Source: Psammoneis japonica (Eukaryota). Taken from it: a stretch of DNA of 64,000 nucleotides. The DNA lies in contig QPGO01000174.1 of the NCBI GenBank assembly GCA_008632985.1, positions 62,001 to 126,000 on the forward strand, given 5' to 3'. How positions within the stretch are numbered: position 1 is the first letter of the stretch; every line of letters begins with the position of its first letter. Below the pieces are notes generated by a model, which saw only the letters and a list, made by a program, of their open reading frames with translations, did not search any database and was not told where the DNA came from. Made by a program: the position numbers and the translations under genes. Positions 12,462-24,226 of this stretch are shown piece by piece.

Positions 12462-12935
12462 TGGCTCGTGTTTTGCATCATTTTTCCTGAATTTCACCGT
12501 GCTTCACCGTGGGCGCGTTCCAGCCCTGGGTGGGACTCCGTGTGACACAAAGGTCTAACACACTCACATGTGTTTGGGGGTGCTCAGAGGCATCGCAAAA
12601 TAACACGGGCGAAGTGCGGGGAAATTCGAAAATCACGAGCTATTTAAAAAAATAGTGCAAAACAACGATCCAGCCAATTTTTGTATTCAAAAAAAAAACA
12701 ATAAACATCCTTCTTCAAACGCCACAGTAATTTTAGGACACGCGGGGATGACCCCCTAAAAAAGGCAAAAACAAGGTGGTTTCCACGCTTGAACAACACC
12801 GTACTACAGTACAGAATCATAACACGCGAACGAGTCAGTAGAGGATTTTGCACAATATCGATTCCCAAGTCGCCGCCAGCAACCACAACCGCTTCACGTG
12901 TCAGGGCAACAAGCGGACCATCGACGAGTCTACCA

Positions 12936-14250
12936 CTAGGGCCAAAAATGAGCGGCAATGCCTCTTTCACGCATGCCCCGAAAAAGCAGCATGCTGTCCT
13001 TAATGGTACCTTCCATGAAACCGGTCCAGGGCCTCGCCAATTCAAGGAGATGAACGTGATGTTCAAAGTAGAAATGATCAATCTTTTCATTGAGTTCTCT
13101 ACATACAACAAGGCAAAATGACAAGAAAGGAATCAAGGCAAATGAGTCAGTGTGAGGATGAAGTCAGCATAAACACCCATCCATCTCTATAGTGTGGACG
13201 GACTCACGTGTTGTTTAAGACTTGGTAGGCGAGTGGCACTTCTATCGACGCATTATCGATATCCAGCTTGACAACAATGAAATCGTCCTTGTCAAACATG
13301 GACAAAATGTTATACAAGGGATTGTCCGGAGAATTTGGGTCTGCATTGACTCCAATGTTCATCCAATGATACGACGCCCTCAGATTGGGTGGAACTTTGT
13401 TAAAGACTTCCGTCGGTACCTTTGGTTTAATCTCAAAGGCATAGATGTGGTCAAAGTGGAACCCAAACTTGGTGTACACTTTGTTTATGTACATTGCTGG
13501 GCTTTCCATGCTGTGAAAGTCAAGCGCGGCTCCCATGTCAACAAAGACAGTGCGGGCATGAGTTTTTAATTTCCGGCACATGTGAGAAAAGTCGTGAATC
13601 CTAAAAGAGGAAAAAACAATTTTTAAGAGAGAAAGCACAATAGCGACACAGGGCACATCGGTTCTTAAAAAAAGAGCACAATCTTACATATAATTCATGT
13701 TGAAAGCATTTCCGTTTCTTTTGCCTTGTAAGCAGATAGCGTGATGGCGCATCGGAGGCGTTAATGGCTCCACCCATCCTGCCCGGGTATGCGATATTTG
13801 CCTTGACGGAAACAGGCCCATCATACCGTCCTTATGAAATTCGAGACTATTGCAAATCTTTTCCTTTTGCTTTGGATTTTCCTTGAACATGGCGCGCAAG
13901 TCTTTCGGAACACCGGGGTGTTCTTTCAAAATTCTACTGTAGTTTGCTAATTCGGCAGCATATGCGTGCAAGTCGTCGTAGTGAGGCGTCTCCTCGTGCG
14001 ATTTCCAAATTGTACATCCAGACGGGTTGTCCAGGCTGTCAAAGCCGAGAGCGTCCAGGTTATCGATCAGATAATTCTCAACCTTGGCACCAACATAGCC
14101 GTCATACGAAGGAATTTCGACCTTGCCTTCAATTTCAGAATTGTCCAAAAACGAAGTCGAGTATATTTTCCACAGAATCAAGATCCCGTTGATTTGAAGT
14201 AGCCCCAGGAGGAACGCCATCGCGACAATGGCATTTTTCAAAGTCGCCAT
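12936..14250 (-). CDS. 3-exon gene, FkbM/methyltransferase-like protein with N-terminal anchor, 372 aa (exons 14250-13688, 13600-13208, 13098-12936)
   Basis: GT-AG introns 13687-13601 (GTAAGA...TTTTAG) and 13207-13099 (GTGAGT...ATGTAG) join three ORFs in phase (1119 nt). Motifs VFVDMGA, HIYAFE, DFIVVKLDID, FYFEHH. The structure is well supported; the function is inferred. Confidence 0.85.
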
Positions 14251-14512
14251 GGTGTGTGGGTCTTCTCAACTTCAACTACTCTCTAGAGAGCTAGCTGCTG
14301 TGATTCTGTACGGTAGGGCCCTAATGCTCTCTACTAGGGCCCTACTAGCTCTAGCTAGCTCTCTATACTACAGCAGTAGAGAGCACTGCATCATAGAGAG
14401 GGCCCTACTTACTCAGGAGGGCCCTGTGCCCCATCTAACATCCATGCTTGGTTGCATCTTATCCAATTTTTCGAACACTTGTGAGAAATGACCAAAATGA
14501 CCGCTGCATTGT

Positions 14513-14689
14513 TGAATGAGATAGGCACGTGTACTTTATGACCGAGTGTGCCCTCTCTGACATGTGCACATTAAAACTAACGCATTAGACATGCCGCGAA
14601 CCGTTGGGTTTGTCCCACATCAGCGATGATGGGGTCTCTCCTCGGTTTTCGCACAATTTTTATCAAGTCATCTCAAGCTAGATCTTGCA
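14513..14689 (+). repeat. 5' LTR of Gypsy A
   Basis: 177-bp direct repeat of 19633-19807, running tgaatgag...gatcttgca. Confidence 0.95.
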
Positions 14690-17600
14690 CTGTAATTGCA
14701 GTTGTTGTCACAGCTTGTCCACTGCATTGTCAACTTTGTGACAATGCAAAGAGTGTTGTCGAGAAGAGAGAAAATTTGTTTGCGAGCTCATGCAGAAAGT
14801 TTCACTCGAAGTCGATCAGAATCGCAGTGTAATTACACTCGTGAAATTGGCGATTCGGAGCAGTGTTTGTTTGAACTCGAAGCTTGTGTTGCCACCATTG
14901 AGTTCGTCATTGTTTGGTCATTGATTGTTCTCGTTGTGTGGATCAGCTGGGAACGCCTCATTTCGTTTGTCTTGTGGATTGTCGATTGTTTGATCGCTGA
15001 AATTGTTCATCGCCATGCATCAAGAAGCCTTGGAGAAAGAGAGCATGGAATTGAATCATTGTTGCACGTGGAGGACAGGTTCCGGAAGGTGGCAAGACAG
15101 CCAGATTATGATGCAGGAACAGAGTTGTTTGATGCTTGCGAGGATTGTCTCCAAGGTGCTGCGGAGGCGAAATGGCAGAATGTTGCCGCAGATGTCCAAC
15201 AGAATCAACGGACAGTGGCTTGATTTGATCAGGCTGTCTCGGCCCATCATCCATGCTGCGTGAAACCGACAGCTCGCGACACGATGAAGATGCATTTGCC
15301 TGCTTGCAAAAAGCCTTGCTCAGCGGAATCTGAAACTCACATTGATCGCATGGAAATGTTGTTCCGTCATGCTAACCGTTTGCCTGGAACCGTTCCTGAA
15401 CTTACAGAGCAGGAGCAGAAAAATGTCATCTTTCATGCCTTCCCTTTGACCTGGCAACAGCCCTGCATTCGTGCGGGCAAGAACCTTGTTGCAGGTTCCA
15501 TGGTGGACATCCAAGCCTGCATGAGTGACGAGAAGGTGTTCGCCGATGGTCAAGATGACAAGAAACGCAAGTCCAACAATGGCAATGGAGGGAACTCCAG
15601 CAACAAAAAGGGCAACCGTGACAAGAAGGACAACAAGGGCCAACCGAAAGCAAATGATCCATGTCCGGTCCTGTGGCACCATGGAAGGCACACATGGGGC
15701 CAGTGTTGTGATGATCCAAACAACCCTGACTGTCCTGGGCCTCAGAACCATGGTGGTCGAGGAGGAGGCCGCAGCAGTGGAGGTCAAGGCAGAGGTCATT
15801 TCCAAGGAGGCCGTGGAGGCGGTGGATGCTTTGGTGGTCGTGGCAACCAGAACCAAGGAGGTCGTGGCACCCACTGTAACAACAACAATGGACATCAGAG
15901 CAACAATGGCAACCAAGGTGGTGGTCAACATTGTCACAATGAAAACAACAACCGTGGAGGCCGAGGACAGGCCGACAGATGTGCTGCTCAAGCAGACAAT
16001 GTGAACAATGACAACCAGGCTCAAGAAGCTCCTCGTGGTGATGTGCACCATTTCGACATGATCTGACAAGGCCCTCCACGATGCAGAGGTGTGGTGAGGT
16101 TTCAGCCAGATGGGCAGTTTCCTCGGCAGTTCTGAGAAGAAGGAGCTGAATGCTCTGGAGCTGAATGCTCCCAACTGCCTTTGAGAGAAGCATTTGTTGA
16201 TGAAAATGATTGTGTTTTACCTGAATGAAATCATGAAGGTTTTGCTTTTGATTGTTTTGAAAATCCTGACAAATTGTTGCCTGTTGAATTTGAAAATGCT
16301 GCAGAAAATTACATGAATGGAGAGGGGGATGCATTTGATCAAGACGCACTTGAATGTGACACTCCTCTCCCCAAAATGAACTCGCAAGTCTCGCGCACCG
16401 CGTTGGTCCCATCTGCACCACTTGTTGCAAAATCGATCCAATGGCATGAGTTGAATCGAGTGATGCGTGTTTTGTTCGATTCGGGTGGTTCTCACACTGT
16501 GATTTTGTCTCAAGTTTTGCCTCAAGGAGCCGCGCCATCTGTTGACGAACATGGAGTCCGAGCTTTTCAAACCACTGCAGGTCCTTTCCAATCGGGTCGT
16601 TGGGCAGCCTTGAGCAATGTCGTGTCACCAGAATTCGACAAGACTGGGAGGATTGACAGCTGTGTGGCTCACGTGTTCGATGCTCCGTGTGCACATGACA
16701 TCATTTTGGGTTGAGATTTCTTGGACAAGATTGGTCTCAACCTGAACTGTGACACAAGGACGCTGTGATGGCCAGACCATGTGATCCCAATGAAGGAACC
16801 TCGTCATTTGTCCAAGTCCTGCAATTGGCACATGGCTTTAGACCGAATGGATGAATTTGATGAAGATTGTGAAGACGAGTTGGACTGCGGATGCGATGAT
16901 GGACATGACACCCACATGCTCAATGCCAAGTGTGAAGCGACGAGTCTGGCGGAAGTGGTTCGGAACTTAGACCATCTCACGGAAGAACAAAAGAAGAAGC
17001 CATCAGCAGTGTTGGAAAAACATTCAACTTTGTTTGATGGAACGTTGGGGCACTGTCCTCATGAAAAGGTGAACCTTGAAGTGGACGAAAATGCTGTTCC
17101 ATGTCACTCAAAACCGTTTCCTGTCGCTCGAGTCAATGAAGAAGCATTCAAAAAGGAATTGAAGCATTCAGTGAATCTCGCTGCACTTCGACCATGTGGA
17201 CCTACGGAATGGGTAGCCGGCACCTTCATTGCTCTGAAGAAGGATGGCCGAGTGCGATGAGCATCCAATTTTTGGGAGCTCAACAAGGTCCTCAAGCGGA
17301 AAGTGTGTCCTTTGCCAGTCATTCAAGATGTGCTGCAATGGAGAGCGGGTTACAAATTCTTCACAAAACTGGATCTCACTGTGTTCTGCTGCAATTTGGA
17401 ATTGGACGATGAAAGCAAGGAGCTTGCTGCGATCACAACTCTGTGCGGGAAATTCCAGTGCTGTCGTGTGGCCATGGGATTAAAGCCAGCTCCAGACATT
17501 GCTCAGTCCATTGTTAAAAAGATTCTGCATGGTTTGGATGTTGAAACTTACATTGATGACATTGGCGCGTTTGATGCTGACTTTGATTGCCATCTCTCTC

Positions 17601-19632
17601 GTCTTGACAAGGTGCTGCATCGTCTTGAGGAGAATGGTTTGAAAGTCAATCCGTTAAAATGCGAGAGGTGTGTTCAAGAAACCAATTTTCCAGGGCATTG
17701 GCTTGCTCCAACTGGCATTAAACCGTGGAAAAAGAAGGTCGAGGCGATCCTACAAATGCAGCCTCCACAGAGTGCTGCACAGCTCTGATCGTTTCTCGGT
17801 GCAGTGACCTGCTGTCGCAATGTGTGGCCTCGCCGTTCTCACCCACTTGCACACCACTGACTGAATTGACAGGCAAGAGTCAGTTCCAATGGACAGAATC
17901 ATGTCAGAAAGCATTCAAGGAGATGAAAGCAGCAATCGCGGCGGAAGCGTTGATGGCCTGCCCTGACCACAACCTGCCTTTCCATGTCCACACCGATGCA
18001 CCAGACTGCCAGATGGGCGCCGCTGTCATTCAAGATGGCATTCCTTGAAGATTTTGCGCCTGCATTTGCCAATTGTTTTTCTCGTCTGCCACGCATGGAT
18101 CCGCCTTCGGAGGGGAAGAGCCTTGGGCCAAGTGGCAAACGCAAAGGAAAAATTGTTCATTTTGAAAAGTTGGATTCCAGGGAACTGAGCAGAGCCGAGG
18201 AAGAGGAAGATTTGGAGTTGGGCGCTTGCAGGTTCAAGTGTTGCCGTGCTCCTGTTGATCCTTCTGATGAGTCTCACACCGCCTTTTCCTCTCTGCTTGA
18301 CAAGCCCAAATTGTTTGAATGCTTTTTGAATTGCCCAATGCTGGACAAAATGCCGAATCCCACTGAGATGCTGAGGATGCAACAGTTCCAGTTCAAAGAC
18401 CTCCAACTGAACCAGCAAAGACAACAAAATCCGCAGCAGTTCGTGGTCAAGATTGTGAACCATCGTCCCCTGATTTGTTGTCGTTTGCATCTGAATGATC
18501 CACCTGGAGCCTGGAAAATTTGCGTTCCTGCTGCGTTGTTGTCGGATGTCATTGCATGGCATCATTGCGCATTGGGCCATTGTGGAGTCGTGCAATTGCA
18601 TGAAAGTGTTTGGACTCACATGTGTCATCCTGCATTGCGTCAACGTTGCAATGAATTTGTTTGTGACATGTGTCAACGATATAAACAACTGGGTCCTGGA
18701 CATGGAGAGTTGCCTCAACGTCAAGCGCCTTTAGCTCCGTGGACGGAAGCAGTGGTTGATCTCATTGGACCATAGAAAATGCCGATTCAAGACCAAGAGA
18801 TTGAATTCAGTGCTCTCACTTGTGTTGACACTGTCGCTGGATTGACTGAACTTGTGCGCACTGACAACAAAACTTCTCAGCATGTGACCAACAAGTTTCG
18901 CAATCTTTGGTTGGCTCGTTGTCCCAGACCGAATCGATGTGTCCATGACAATGGTGGAGAATTCATTGGTTGGGAATTTCAAATGCTGCTAAATCAAGCA
19001 GGTGTTGCTGATGCGCTGACAATGTCTCGAAATCCTGCAGCCAACTCCATTTGTGAACGAATGCACCAGACGGCAGCTAACATCTTGTGCACTGTGGTTG
19101 TCGCTGACCCACCTTTGAATGTTCAACAGGCCAAGCAGATTGTGGATGATGCCCTTGCTGCAGCCTCTTGTGCTTTGCGATGCTCCCACTCAAGGTCCAT
19201 GGGTGTTTCAAGTGGAGCTCCAGTGTTTCAACGTGATGTGATTTTGGACCCACCCATTGTCTCCCACCTTGCTGTGATGCAAGCCAACTGACAAGTGTTG
19301 ATCGACAAGAACCTGCGACAACAGAATGCAAAGCGCCATTCCTGCGATTGTCTGGTTGGTCAAGATGTGTCAATCAAGTTGGTGGATCCTTCAAAGTTGG
19401 AAGAACGAGCCTGTGGTCCATTTCGAATTGTGCAAGTCCACACCAACGGGACTGTTTCGGCACTGCAAGCACCGCACATCATTGAGCGAATTGACATTCG
19501 CCGCGTGGTGCCACATCAGAGTTGAGGGTTTCTTCCCAACGTCTGGGTTCCCTTCTCCGTGTGCATTGGGTTTGAATTTTAGTCAAGTGGTTCCAATGGT
19601 GTGCATGTTCCTTGCACCATGGAGGGGAAGAG

Positions 19633-19807
19633 TGAATGAGACAGGTGCGTGCACTTCATGACCGAGTGTGCCCTCTCTGATGCATGTGTGTTAACTGGCA
19701 CATTGGACATGCCGCGAACCGTCAGGTTTGTCCCGCATCAGCGATGATGGGGTCTCTCCTTGGTTTTTGCACAATTTTTGTCAAGTCATCTCAAGCTAGA
19801 TCTTGCA
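19633..19807 (+). repeat. 3' LTR of Gypsy A
   Basis: Follows the PPT and is followed by TSD ATTGT. Confidence 0.95.
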
Positions 19808-19880
19808 ATTGTGAACTCATGACTGAGTGAGACAGGCACATGTGCTCTGTGACCAAGTGTGCCCTCTCTCTCTGATGTGT

Positions 19881-20291
19881 TGCAGCATGCATGCAGACAA
19901 AAGGTTGTTTTTGTCATGACCTTTGTGACTTTTAAACTGCAACACATCACCGTGATGCATTGGCTCTTACAAGCAGCTGGATGTTGCACTCCTCCCCATG
20001 TGTCACGTGACCTTGCAGCTCTTGCCAACGCGACACGAGACACTGAACATGTTTGGCAGAACAGTGTGGGTGCGTTCGACAGTGATGAACGTTGCTGCAG
20101 ACAACTCCCACTCAGGGTTTCAAACCCCTGGCCTTCTGGTGCCCAATGGTTGTGTGATGAGCCACTCCACTGCAAATTCATGGTGCAGCATGCATGCAGA
20201 CAAAATGTCATTTTTGTCACAACCTTTGTGACTTTTAAACTGTGACACATCGCCGTGATGCATTGGCTCTTGTGAGTGGCTGGACATTGCA
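19881..20291 (-). mobile_element. TRIM-like non-autonomous mini LTR element inside the 5' LTR of Gypsy B
   Basis: 108-bp TG...CA direct repeats at 19881-19988 and 20184-20291, 4-bp TSD GTGT. PPT-like ggggaggag on the minus strand abuts the left repeat. Absent from the sister LTR at 30484-30667. Confidence 0.8.
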
Positions 20292-23200
20292 GTGTGCACA
20301 TCAACTGATGCATTGGATGTTCAAGGGACCATTGGAAGTCCACTCTGATTAGTGATTGCACTGATGGATCCCTTCTCGGGTTCCCTCACAACCTTCCTCA
20401 TCAAGTCATCTCAAAAGCTGGATCTTGCACTGCAATTGCAGTCATTGTCACAGCTTGTTCGTTGTGCTGTCAGTTTCATGACAATGTGTGGAGCACTGCC
20501 AAAAAAAGAGAAAGCCTGTTTGCATGCTCGTGCAGAAAATTTCATTAAAAATCAGTCAGAATCTCAGCGCAATCATGCTCGTAAAATTGGCAATTCAGAG
20601 CATTGTTTGTTTGAACTCAAAGCTCGTGTTGCTGCACTTGAATTTGTTGTTGTTTGGCCATTGATTGTTCTCGTTGTGTGGGTCAATTGGGGTTGCATTG
20701 TTTCCTCAGTTTTGTGGATTGTTGGCTCTTTGATTGCTGAAATTGTTCATCGTCATGCATCAAGAAGCCTTGGAGAAAGTGTGCATTGAGAATTTGTGGA
20801 CTCTGAATTGCAAGAAGTGAAGCTCACTCAAACTTTTGATGATGGAGCCAAACTTTCAAAAATGTGCCCTGTTTTCACAGGAGAGCATGGAATTGAATCA
20901 CTGTCACATGTGGAGGACCAACTTTGCAAGGTGGCAAGACAGTTGGATTGTGACACCGGAACAGAACTCTTTGATGCTTTTGAGGATTGCCCACAAGGTG
21001 CTGCAGAGGCGAAATGACAGAACATCATGGTGGGTGTTCCTCAAAATCAAAGGACGTCAGCTCATTTCAATCAAGCTGTCATGACCCACTGTTTGCGCTG
21101 CATGAAGCCGACAGCTCGTGACACAATGAAGATGCACTTGCCTGCTCAGCAGGAGTGCAGAAGAATGTTGTTTTCCACACTTTTCCTCTGACATGGCAAC
21201 AGTCCTGCATTTGTGCAGGCAAGAACCTTGTTGCGGACTTGATGGTGAACATTCAAACCCACATGAGCAATGAGAAAGTGTTTGCCGATGGTCAAGACAG
21301 CAGGAGGTGCAAGTCCAACAATGGCAATGGAGGGAACTCCAGCATCAAGAAGGGCAACCAACCATGACAAGAAGGAAAACAAGGGTCAACCAAAGGCAGG
21401 TGATCTGTGTCCGGTCCCGTGGCATCATGGAAGACATGCATGGGGCCAGTGTTGTGACAATCCAAACATTCCCAACTGTCATGGACATCAAAGCCACAGC
21501 GGTTGAGGTGGAGGTCGTGGCAGCAGAGGTCAAGGCAGAGGTCATCACCAAGGAGACTGTGGTCCTGGTCGTGGTGGCGGTGGATGCTTCGGTGGTCGTG
21601 GCAACCAAAGCCAAGGAGGTCGTGGCACCTGTTGTGACAATTGCAACAACAACCACAGTGGAAATCAAAATGACAATGGCAACAAGGGCGGTGGCCAGCA
21701 TTGCTGCAATGACAACAACAATCATGGTGGCCAAGGTCAGGCCGATGGTCACGCTGCTCAAGCAGACAACATGAACAACAACCAGGGGCAAGAAGCTCCT
21801 CGTGGTGATGTGCGCCATTTCAATGTGATCAGACGAGGCCCTCCACATCATGGAGGAGTGGTGAGGTTCAGCCAGATGGGCAGTTTCCTTGGCAGTTCTG
21901 AGAAGAAGGAGCTGAATGCTCTGGAGCTGAGTGCTCCCAGTTGCCCACATGTGAAATGTTTGTTGATGAAAATGATTGTGTTGCACCTGAAAATGTGCCT
22001 GAAAATTTTGCCTTTGATTGATTTGAAAATCCCAATGAATTGTCACCTGTTGAGTTTGAAGATGCCACAGAAAATTGCGCGAATGAAGAGGGGGGCATGT
22101 TCAATCAAGATGCATTTGAACAACACACTCCTCTCCCCAAATGGGTTTGCAAGTTTTGCACACTGCACTGGTTCCATCTGCTCTGCTTGTTGCCAAATTG
22201 ATCCAATGTCATGAATCAAATCGTGTGATGCGTGTTTTGTTTGACTCTGGTGGCTCTCACACTGTGGCTTTGTCTCAAGTTTTACCTCGTGGAGCCATGC
22301 CATCCATTGATGAACACAGGGTTCAAGCTTTTCAAACCACGGCAGGTCCTTTCCAGTCGGGTCATTGGGTGGCTCTGAGTGACATTGTGCTGCCAGAATT
22401 TGACAAGACGAGGAGGATTGACAGTTGTGTTGCTCATGTGTTTGATGCTCTGTGTGTGCATGATGTCATTTTGGGTCAAGATTTCTTGGACAAGATTGCA
22501 CTCCATTTGAGCTGCGATGCCAGAACTCTGCATTGGATGGACCATGCAATCCCAATGAAAGAACCTCATCATTGGCCCAAATCCTGCAATTGGCACATTG
22601 CTCTGGATTGAATGGACAAGTTTGATGAAGACTGCAAGAACAAATCGAGTCATGGCTGTGATGATGGATGTGACAGCCATGTGCTGGATGCCAAGCATGA
22701 AGCAGTGGATCCTTTGGAAGCAGCTCAAAACCTGGATCATCTGACAGAAGAACAAAAGACAAAGCTGCCAGTGGTGTTGAAAAATGCTCATTGTTGTTTG
22801 ACCGAACTTTGGGCCACTGTCCTCATGAAAAGGCACACTTGGAAGTGGATGAAAATGCTGCACCCTGTCACTCAAAACTTTTTCCTGTTCCTCGAGTCAA
22901 TGAAGAAGCATTCAAAAAGGAACTGAAACATGCATTTGGTGGACCCAGGAGTTTTACGACCATGTGGACCCACGGAATGGGCAGCCAGTGCTTTCATCAC
23001 TCTGAAAAAGGATGCCGAGTGATTTTCGTGAACCAAACAAGGTGCTCAAATGGAAGGTCTGTCCTTCACCAGTTATCCAAGATGCACTGCAATGGAGAGC
23101 AGGCTGCAAATTCTTCACGAAGCTTGACCTCACTGTGTTCTGCTGCAACTTAGAATTGGACAATGAAAGCAAGGAGCTGGCAACAATTGCAACTCCCTGC

Positions 23201-24226
23201 AGGATGTTTCAAAGCTGCCACATGGCTGTGGGATTGAAGCCAGCTCCAGATGTTGCTCAGTGTGTCATTGAAAAGATTTTGCATGGTTTGGACATTGAAA
23301 ATTGTGTTGATGACATTGGTGCCTTTGACACTGACTTTGATTGTCATCTCTCTCATCTTGATGAGGTGTTGCATTGTCTCAAAGAGGATGGATTGAAAGT
23401 CAACTCATTGAAGTGCGAATGGTGTGTCCAAGAAACAGACTTCCTGGGACATTGGCTCAGTTCGACTGGTGTCAAACCATGGAAGAAAAGGTCGAAGCTG
23501 TTCCTCCACAGAATGCTGTGCAACTTCATTCGTTTCTGGGTGCTGCAACCCACTGTCATGTCATGTGGCCTCATTGTTCTCACCTGCTTGCACCTTTGAC
23601 GGAGTTGACAGGCAAAAGCCAGGTTCCATTGGTTGGGTGCATGTCAGAAAGCATTCAAGGAGATGAAAGCAGTGATTGTGGCAGACGCTTTGATGGCCCA
23701 TCCCAACCATGACCTTCCGTTCCATGTTTGCACCAATGCATCTGACTGCCAGATGGGTGCAGTCATTGTCCAAGATGGCAAACCGGTGGCTCACTGGTCC
23801 AAGAAGCTTTTGGCAGCACAACACAACCACTCAACAATGGAGAAAGAACTCCTGGCCATCATGATGTGCTTCAAAGAATTTTGCACCATGTTTCTTGGTG
23901 CCAACATTGCTGTTCATGCTGATCACAAAAATCTCACCTTTCACACTTTGAGTGCACAGTGCATCCTTTGCTGGCATCTGTTCCTCGAAGATTTTGCACC
24001 CAACTTTAAACATGCAGAAGGCAAGGACAACATGCTTGCCACTTGTTTTTCTCATCTTCCACACATGGATCTGCCTTCGGAGGGGAAGAACCTTGGGCCA
24101 AGTGGCAAGCGCAAGGGAAAAATTGTTCATTTTGAAAAGTTGGACAGCAGCAAATTGAGCAAGGCCAAGGAAGAGGAAGACTTGGAATTGGGCGCTTGCA
24201 GGTTCAAGTGTTACCATGCTCCTGTT

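Larger units (their letters stand above)
14513..19807 (+). mobile_element. Gypsy LTR retrotransposon A, near full length, inactivated
   Basis: TG...CA LTRs at 14513-14689 and 19633-19807, TSD ATTGT on both sides, PPT ggaggggaagag. Gag (about 15020-16066), protease LFDSGG, RT TYIDD, partly deleted RNase H, integrase (DLIGP, HDNGGEF, NSICER). Confidence 0.97.

Noticed and set aside
12644..13121. ORFs 12644-13111 (-) and 12789-13121 (+) as separate genes
   Set aside because: They overlap exon 3 and the 3' end of the spliced gene in other frames and show no recognisable motifs.
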